From positions 416,001 to 480,000 of the forward strand of contig CAXXVZ010000003.1 of the NCBI GenBank assembly GCA_963678065.2: a DNA stretch of 64,000 bases, in the 5' to 3' direction. This document shows positions 58,192 through 64,000 of this stretch, one piece after another. The position numbers and the translations under genes are program-made. Numbering within the stretch: the first letter of the stretch is position 1; the number at the start of each line of letters is the position of its first letter. This stretch comes from Treponemataceae bacterium. GTDB lineage: Bacteria; Spirochaetota; Spirochaetia; Treponematales; Rectinemataceae. The notes below the pieces were generated by a model. That model searched no databases and had not been told where the DNA came from. It was given only the letters and a program-made list of their open reading frames with translations.

Positions 58192-58287
58192 GCTCGAAAG
58201 GAGGGGATGCCCAGAGGGAAACCTCGGACAAAATATCCCTTCTGAAAATCAATCATTTTTCGATCAGGCCTTATAAAGGAGGGCTGG

Positions 58288-59634
58288 ATGAATTCTTACA
58301 TAAAACAAGTTCTCGATGACCTCAAAGCCAGGTACCCTTGGGAAACCGAATTTTTGCAGGCGGCCGAAGAGGTGCTCGAGTCCATTTCTCCGATAATCGA
58401 CGCGGAACCCAAATACAAAGCCCACCGCATCCTCGAGCGCATCACCGAGCCGGAACGCACGGTCATGTTCCGTGTGCCCTGGATAGACGACAAGGGCGAG
58501 TACCGGATCAATCGCGGATACCGCGTCCAGTTCAACTCTGCCATCGGGCCCTACAAGGGTGGCCTGCGCTTCCATCCCAAAGTCCAGCTCTCCACTCTCA
58601 AATTCCTCGGCTTCGAGCAGATTTTCAAGAACAGCCTCACGAGCCTTCCGATGGGCGGCGGCAAGGGCGGTTCCGATTTCGACCCGAACGGGAAAAGCGA
58701 CAATGAGATCATGCGCTTCTGCCAGAGCTTCATGACCGAGCTCTTCCGCCACATCGGCCCTGACACCGATGTTCCCGCCGGCGATATCGGCGTCGGCGGA
58801 CGCGAAGTGGGATACCTCTTCGGCCAGTACAAGCGTCTCGCGAACGAGTTCACCGGAGTTCTCACCGGCAAGGGACTCAGCTTCGGCGGTTCTCTTGTCA
58901 GGCCCGAGGCGACCGGTTTCGGCGCGACCTACTTTGCTGCGGAAATGCTCAAGCTCGGAAATGATTCTTTCGCGGGCAAGACTGTCTCCGTTTCCGGTTT
59001 CGGCAACGTGGCATGGGGCGTCTGCATCAAGGCCAGCCAGCTCGGCGCCAAGGTCGTGACCATCTCCGGCCCCGACGGTTATGTCTTCGATCCCGACGGC
59101 ATCGGCACCAAGGAGAAGTGGGATTACCTGGAAGACATGCTCGTCATCGACCGCAATAAGGTCGAGAGCTATGTCAAGAAATTCCCTGCGGCCACCTTCT
59201 ACGCCGGCCGCAAACCCTGGGAACAGAAAGTCGACATTGCGATGCCCTGCGCTATCCAGAACGAGCTCAACGGAGAAGACGCGAGGGCTCTCATAGCCAA
59301 CGGCGTCAAGATCGTCGTCGAAGTTTCCAACATGGGCTGCACTCCTGAGGCCTGGAAGCTCTTCATCGAGAAGAAGATCCCCTTCGCTCCCGGCAAGGCG
59401 GCAAACGCCGGCGGCGTCGCCACCTCCGGCCTCGAGATGTGTCAGAATTCCATGCGCCTCGCCTGGAGTGCCGAAGAAGTGGACCAGCGCCTGCATCAGA
59501 TCATGGTCAACATCCACACCGCCTGCGTCGAGACTGCCAAGAAGTACGGATTCAGCGGCAACTACGTGATCGGCGCGAACATCGCCGGCTTCAAGAAAGT
59601 CGCCGACGCGATGATCGCCCAAGGATTGGTTTGA
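58288..59634 (+). CDS. gdhA: NAD(P)-specific glutamate dehydrogenase
   Basis: GPYKGGLRFHP, MGGGKGGSDFDP, DVPAGDIGVG, RPEATGFG, SGFGNV, KAANAGGVATSGLEM. Confidence 0.97.
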   Translation: MNSYIKQVLDDLKARYPWETEFLQAAEEVLESISPIIDAEPKYKAHRILERITEPERTVMFRVPWIDDKGEYRINRGYRVQFNSAIGPYKGGLRFHPKVQLSTLKFLGFEQIFKNSLTSLPMGGGKGGSDFDPNGKSDNEIMRFCQSFMTELFRHIGPDTDVPAGDIGVGGREVGYLFGQYKRLANEFTGVLTGKGLSFGGSLVRPEATGFGATYFAAEMLKLGNDSFAGKTVSVSGFGNVAWGVCIKASQLGAKVVTISGPDGYVFDPDGIGTKEKWDYLEDMLVIDRNKVESYVKKFPAATFYAGRKPWEQKVDIAMPCAIQNELNGEDARALIANGVKIVVEVSNMGCTPEAWKLFIEKKIPFAPGKAANAGGVATSGLEMCQNSMRLAWSAEEVDQRLHQIMVNIHTACVETAKKYGFSGNYVIGANIAGFKKVADAMIAQGLV

Positions 59635-59675
59635 TCGTCGCGTCGAGATGCGATGATCGCCTAGGGTTGGTTTGA
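59604..59675. repeat. degenerate direct repeat of the gdhA 3' end with an inverted centre
   Basis: 59605-59634 GACGCGATGATCGCCCAAGGATTGGTTTGA vs 59647-59675 GATGCGATGATCGCCTAGGG-TTGGTTTGA; the middle is complementary to both. Confidence 0.8.
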
Positions 59676-59728
59676 CCACCAGGTAATAAGGGCTCTCGCC
59701 TGGCAGAATGCTGGCGGGTCCTGAAGCG

Positions 59729-59768
59729 AAAAGAGGAGGGACGGTCCATGTGGGGCCGTCCCTCTTTT
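59729..59768 (+). terminator. intrinsic terminator after gdhA
   Basis: GAGGGACGGTCC-atgtg-GGGCCGTCCCTC-TTTT. Confidence 0.75.
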
Positions 59769-59827
59769 GTACCTTGCGTTCGAGGGTGCGCTTGTATATC
59801 GTGACGCCAGTCGCAGGGGGGAAGGCC

Positions 59828-62815
59828 ATGTATTTCAACGAATTGGTCGCCGCGTACGACCAGCAGCGCCGCGAACGGAACATCTACCACGATCTCATGC
59901 GGTTCCGCATCAGGGAAGTCCTCCTCGTCGGCAGCCTCTACGATTCCTTCGTCGTCGAATCCGATGGTGTGCTCACCGAGCAGATATACGGGGAGTACTT
60001 CAAGCTCAACCTTAACACTGTGCCCCGCGTTCAATGCGCCTACACAGCCGAGACTGCCCTCGATTTGTTCACCGATGGTCGCTATGACCTCGTCATTCTC
60101 ATGGCGGGACTCGATTTCACCCAGCCTCTGGAAATTGCCGCCGCGATGAAACGCCTGTGGCCCGACACACCTATACTCCTCATGGTCACCAACAACACGA
60201 GCCTCGCGAGCCTGGACATGCAGAACCCGAGACTCGCCCACATAGACCGGGTCTTTGTATGGAACGGCTACTCGAAGCTCTTTGTCGGAATGATCAAATA
60301 CGTGGAGGACCTGCGCAATGTCGACGCAGACACGAGAACGGGCCAGGTCAGGGTCATCCTCCTCATCGAGGATTCCGTGCGGTACTACTCGCGCTACCTG
60401 CCTGTTCTCTACAAAGTCGTGTTGCGCCAGACCCAGGCTCTCATCGAAGAGGAAAAGGCCGGAGAGACATTCAAGCTCCTCAGCATGAGGGCGCGACCCA
60501 AGATACTCCTCGCCTCGAGCTACGAGGAGGCCGTGACCATATTTGAGAAGTATGAGCCCTACATCCTCACCGTCATAACCGACCTCCGTTTCCCCCACAA
60601 GGGAATCTGCGACGAAAATTCCGGATTCGAATTTCTCGAAATGGCGAAGAGCCGCATCCGGGATCTTCCCGTCCTCGTCCAGTCGAGCGAAAAGTCAGTC
60701 CGCGAACATGCCTACGTCCTCGGAGCATCTTTTGCGGACAAGAATTCCGAGTCGCTCGAGCATGAACTCGCCACCTACCTTCAGGAAAACCTTGGATTCG
60801 GTCCATTCCGCTTCCGTGATCCGAGCGGCAACGTGATTTCGACAGCCCGCAACATGGAAGAGTTCATGTTCCAGCTGAACGAACTCCCCGCCGAGAGCAT
60901 CATCCACCACGCCCGCCGCAACCACTTCTCGGCCTGGCTCATGGCGCGCGGCGAGATACAGTTCGCGAAACTTCTCAAGAACTACAAAGTCGACGATTTC
61001 GATTCCGCCCAGGATGTCCGCGATTTCATCATGCGCATCGTCAACAACGCGAGGCGCGACAAGTCGCGGGGCGTCGTCCCCGCCTTCGACGAGGCTTTCT
61101 GCCGCGACGAGAACTGTATCTCCCGGCTCGGGGACGGCTCGGTCGGAGGGAAGGGCAGGGGACTCATTTTTCTCCGGAGCCTCCTCGAAAACCTCGATTT
61201 CACGCAGTACCTGAAAGGCATCGAAGTGAAGATCCCCCGCACGGCCTTCATAGGGATCGACGAATTCGAGCGCTTCCTCGAGTCGAACGGACTCTGGTCC
61301 TTCGCCTATTACGAGGCGGCTCACCAGGAAATCCGCACCCGTTTCCTGGCTTCTCCGCTCTCTTCCCAGCTGGTCGGCAGGCTCAGGCGCTTTGCCTCGG
61401 CGACGACCCAGCCCCTCGCCATCCGTTCCTCGGGTCTCTTCGAGGACATGCTCATGGTCCCCTTCTCCGGAATCTACGACACCTACATCATCCCCAATTC
61501 ACACCCTGACTTGGAAGTTCGGGTCAGACAGATGTGCGATGCGATCAGACTGATCTACGCCAGCCTTTTTTCGAAGGCAGCCTGCGACTATTTCGAGACT
61601 GCGGGATACAATCTCGAAGAGGAGCGGATGGCGATCGTCATCCAGGAAGTCGTCGGCAGACAGCGGGGTCGATATTTTTACCCGCATCTCTCCGGCACTG
61701 CCCAGTCATACAATTACTACCCGGTTTCCTACATCAAGCCCGAAGATGGCCTGTGCATTTCCGCCCTCGGGCTCGGATGTTATGTAGTGGAAGGCGGAGT
61801 CTCTCATCAGTTCAGCCCCCGCTATCCCAGAATCGACGTCGTGTCGCCCGAGCACCTGATCGAAAATTCACAGAGGGTATTCCGGGCGCTCGACATGGAT
61901 CTGGCAGAACCCGACCTTTCTGTCGGCGAGGACGCAGCTCTCGTCGAGTTGCCCATCTCTGAAGCCGAAGCGGATCCGATGTTCAATCTCCTCGCCTCGA
62001 CCTGGGATATCGCCGACCGCTGTCTCGTCCCCGGGACCGGGGCGAGAGGGCCCAAGTTCATCAATCTCGCCAATATCCTGAAATACGATGCCTTCCCCTT
62101 CGCCCAGGCCATCGAGATGATTCTCCAGATCGGATCGCGCTCCATGGGCGCTCCGGTGGAAATCGAGTATGCGCTCAATATCGACGAACCGGACGGGATA
62201 CCGGCTCTCTATCTCCTCCAGCTGAAACCGCTCATGCACAAGGAAGACAAGATCGAGATCGATTTCTCCGGAATTGATCCTGCGGATTGTGTCATCGTTT
62301 CGGGAAGAAGCATGGGCAACGGACGGGACAACTCGATCACTGACATCGTCTGGGTGGACCCGGAGCGCTTCAACCGTTCCCGAACGGTGGATATAGCGAC
62401 TGAAATCGAGGAAATAGACATGACTTTCCGGAGGGAAGGTCGTCGCTACCTTCTCATCGGTCCCGGGCGGTGGGGCACCAGAGACAGATGGCTGGGTGTG
62501 CCGGTCACCTACCCGCAGATTTCTCGCGCAAGAGTCATCGTGGAGGCTGACCTGCCCGGCTTTCACGTCGAATCATCCCTCGGCTCGCACTTTTTCCACA
62601 ACGTCACGAGCATGAACATCGGATACCTGACAGTGCCTTCCAACGAGCCCGGCGTCTTCGTCGATTGGGACTGGCTCGCCGCCCTGCCGCGCTGTCGACA
62701 GACCGTTCACTGCAACTGGGCCCGCCTGGAAAGCCCGCTCGATGTGCTCATGGATGGGCGAAACGGCCGCTCCCTCGTCATGAAGCCCGGTCCCCGAAAA
62801 CAGGAAGCCTCCTGA
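59828..62815 (+). CDS. receiver-domain / PEP-synthase N-terminal (ATP-grasp) domain protein
   Basis: Receiver-like ILLIEDS...TVITDLRFP...VLVQSS; ATP-grasp VGGKGRGL, LAIRSSGLFED, FSGIYDT, MAIVIQEV, VEIEYA, LLQLKP; C-terminal SLGSHFFHN; start ATG 59828. Confidence 0.85.
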   Translation: MYFNELVAAYDQQRRERNIYHDLMRFRIREVLLVGSLYDSFVVESDGVLTEQIYGEYFKLNLNTVPRVQCAYTAETALDLFTDGRYDLVILMAGLDFTQPLEIAAAMKRLWPDTPILLMVTNNTSLASLDMQNPRLAHIDRVFVWNGYSKLFVGMIKYVEDLRNVDADTRTGQVRVILLIEDSVRYYSRYLPVLYKVVLRQTQALIEEEKAGETFKLLSMRARPKILLASSYEEAVTIFEKYEPYILTVITDLRFPHKGICDENSGFEFLEMAKSRIRDLPVLVQSSEKSVREHAYVLGASFADKNSESLEHELATYLQENLGFGPFRFRDPSGNVISTARNMEEFMFQLNELPAESIIHHARRNHFSAWLMARGEIQFAKLLKNYKVDDFDSAQDVRDFIMRIVNNARRDKSRGVVPAFDEAFCRDENCISRLGDGSVGGKGRGLIFLRSLLENLDFTQYLKGIEVKIPRTAFIGIDEFERFLESNGLWSFAYYEAAHQEIRTRFLASPLSSQLVGRLRRFASATTQPLAIRSSGLFEDMLMVPFSGIYDTYIIPNSHPDLEVRVRQMCDAIRLIYASLFSKAACDYFETAGYNLEEERMAIVIQEVVGRQRGRYFYPHLSGTAQSYNYYPVSYIKPEDGLCISALGLGCYVVEGGVSHQFSPRYPRIDVVSPEHLIENSQRVFRALDMDLAEPDLSVGEDAALVELPISEAEADPMFNLLASTWDIADRCLVPGTGARGPKFINLANILKYDAFPFAQAIEMILQIGSRSMGAPVEIEYALNIDEPDGIPALYLLQLKPLMHKEDKIEIDFSGIDPADCVIVSGRSMGNGRDNSITDIVWVDPERFNRSRTVDIATEIEEIDMTFRREGRRYLLIGPGRWGTRDRWLGVPVTYPQISRARVIVEADLPGFHVESSLGSHFFHNVTSMNIGYLTVPSNEPGVFVDWDWLAALPRCRQTVHCNWARLESPLDVLMDGRNGRSLVMKPGPRKQEAS

Positions 62816-62920
62816 TCATTGACGGCCGATCCGGTTTTCGTCCATAGTATCACACTAAACTGAAAGGCCGGCTCAGAATACGCCCAAAGCAGGCCTTCCA
62901 ACCCAACCCGGAGCGCATGA

Positions 62921-64000
62921 ATGGATGCACGAAATCTGGTAAAAACCCTTCATCCCCTGGAGGTGAAGGTACTCCTGCGATACAGTCCCGACGACGAATT
63001 GGATTCGGAACGGCTGAAAGGCGAACTCGGTTACAGGGATGGACAGGATAACCAGGCTTTTTCCTGGCTAGTCGCAAAGGGACTCGCGGCAGAGTCATCG
63101 CGCAGCGCCCGCACGATCTTCGAAATAACTCAATTGGGTCGCGATACGGCCCGCGACGGGACTCCCGAAGAGAGGATTCTGGCATATATCTCTGCCTCTG
63201 GCGCATCCCGCATTCCGGATATTGTCGCGGGATTGGGGCTCGACCAGAAAACAGTCGGCTCGGCCTTCGGCCAGCTCTCCAAAGATGGTCTCCTCGTCAT
63301 GGATGCGGAAAAGAAGGCTTCCCTCGCATCGACAGGCACACTTCCTGCGCGCATCGCCCTTCTCAAAGGACTTCTTGCCTCTGCCTGCGCTGCGCCCGAT
63401 GGGATTCTCGAAGAAGCCAGACTCGATGCGGGTCAGATCCAGGTCATGTCCGGAGTGGCCAAGAAGAGAGGAGCCCAGGACGCCTATTTCCGTCTTGCGG
63501 AACGCGAGCGGCTTGCCTACCGACTCCTCCCCGAGGCGATGGGCGTGAAAGCCGAACTCGAGGCCCAGGGAGTCACAGGCGATGAGCTGGGAGAAATCTC
63601 ACAAACCATCCTGGAAAACGGGAGCTGGAAAACCGCAACCTTCCGGCCCTACAACATCGGCATCTCCGCACCCCGCCTCATTCCGGGAAGGCACAATCCA
63701 TATGTAGAATTCCTCGAAAGCGTCAAGGACAAACTCGCTTCCCTCGGTTTCGAGGAGTTTGACGGCAGCCTCGTGGAAACCGAGTTCTGGAACTCCGATG
63801 CGCTTTTCATGCCGCAATTCCACTCCGCCCGCGACATTCACGATGTTTACTATGTTTCCGAGCCCTCAAAGGCTCGTTTCATAGAAGAACCTTACCTCAC
63901 ACAGATTTCGCGGACCCATGAAAACGGCGGAGAGACGGAGAGCCGAGGTTGGTCCTATGACTTCGACCGGGAGTTCACCAAGCGTCTCATCCTCAGAAGC
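62921..64000 (+). CDS. pheS: phenylalanine--tRNA ligase alpha subunit, archaeal/eukaryotic-type long form (truncated by window)
   Basis: Manual translation MDARNLVKTLHPLEVKVLL...FRPYNI...GRHNPY...VETEFWNSDALFMPQFHSARDIHDVYY...RLILRS; frame open to the edge. Confidence 0.92.
   Translation, partial: MDARNLVKTLHPLEVKVLLRYSPDDELDSERLKGELGYRDGQDNQAFSWLVAKGLAAESSRSARTIFEITQLGRDTARDGTPEERILAYISASGASRIPDIVAGLGLDQKTVGSAFGQLSKDGLLVMDAEKKASLASTGTLPARIALLKGLLASACAAPDGILEEARLDAGQIQVMSGVAKKRGAQDAYFRLAERERLAYRLLPEAMGVKAELEAQGVTGDELGEISQTILENGSWKTATFRPYNIGISAPRLIPGRHNPYVEFLESVKDKLASLGFEEFDGSLVETEFWNSDALFMPQFHSARDIHDVYYVSEPSKARFIEEPYLTQISRTHENGGETESRGWSYDFDREFTKRLILRS

Noticed and set aside
58264..59883. 539-aa antisense ORF opposite gdhA
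   Set aside because: In-register mirror of a highly biased gene; no RBS or recognisable domain
1..64000. CRISPR arrays, IS elements, prophage, retron/DGR, selenocysteine or frameshift recoding
   Set aside because: No spaced repeats, transposase, integrase or reverse transcriptase motifs seen; the recognised genes are intact in single frames

Overview
A GC-rich, gene-dense chromosomal segment, most likely from an anaerobic free-living spirochaete (Treponema/Rectinema-like). That placement is inferred from the archaeal-type long PheS, long-form thymidine kinase, spirochaete-type LptD-like protein and BMP-family ABC system. About 49 CDS plus tmRNA (ssrA, tag ANNNGTLALAA) can be supported; I found no prophage, IS, integrase or CRISPR array. 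In order: tdk, an orphan oppA, a PhoBR-like pair, pyrKD, a HEXXH protein, glutaredoxin, pncAB, MATE, an 8-gene coupled vWA/PrsW/MoxR/DUF58 operon, an RluA-family synthase, a nucleoside-type ABC importer, ssrA, mnmA, oadB plus a small oadG-like ORF, fprA, a Lol-like ABC/LolA-like/beta-barrel operon, an amylosucrase-like GH13, an aminotransferase, ychF, uvrA, lptD-phoH-7TM/HD-ybeY-corC, gdhA, a receiver/dikinase-like protein and partial pheS. Best leads: (1) the gdhA-linked receiver + ATP-grasp + phosphohistidine-like protein lacking a pyruvate domain; (2) the MoxR/vWA operon with an embedded PrsW protease; (3) repeated leaderless-promoter geometry; (4) an A-A'-A inverted triplication at the gdhA stop; (5) in-frame, partly palindromic insertions in conserved enzymes. 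All calls come from reading motifs by eye; no database searches were run.
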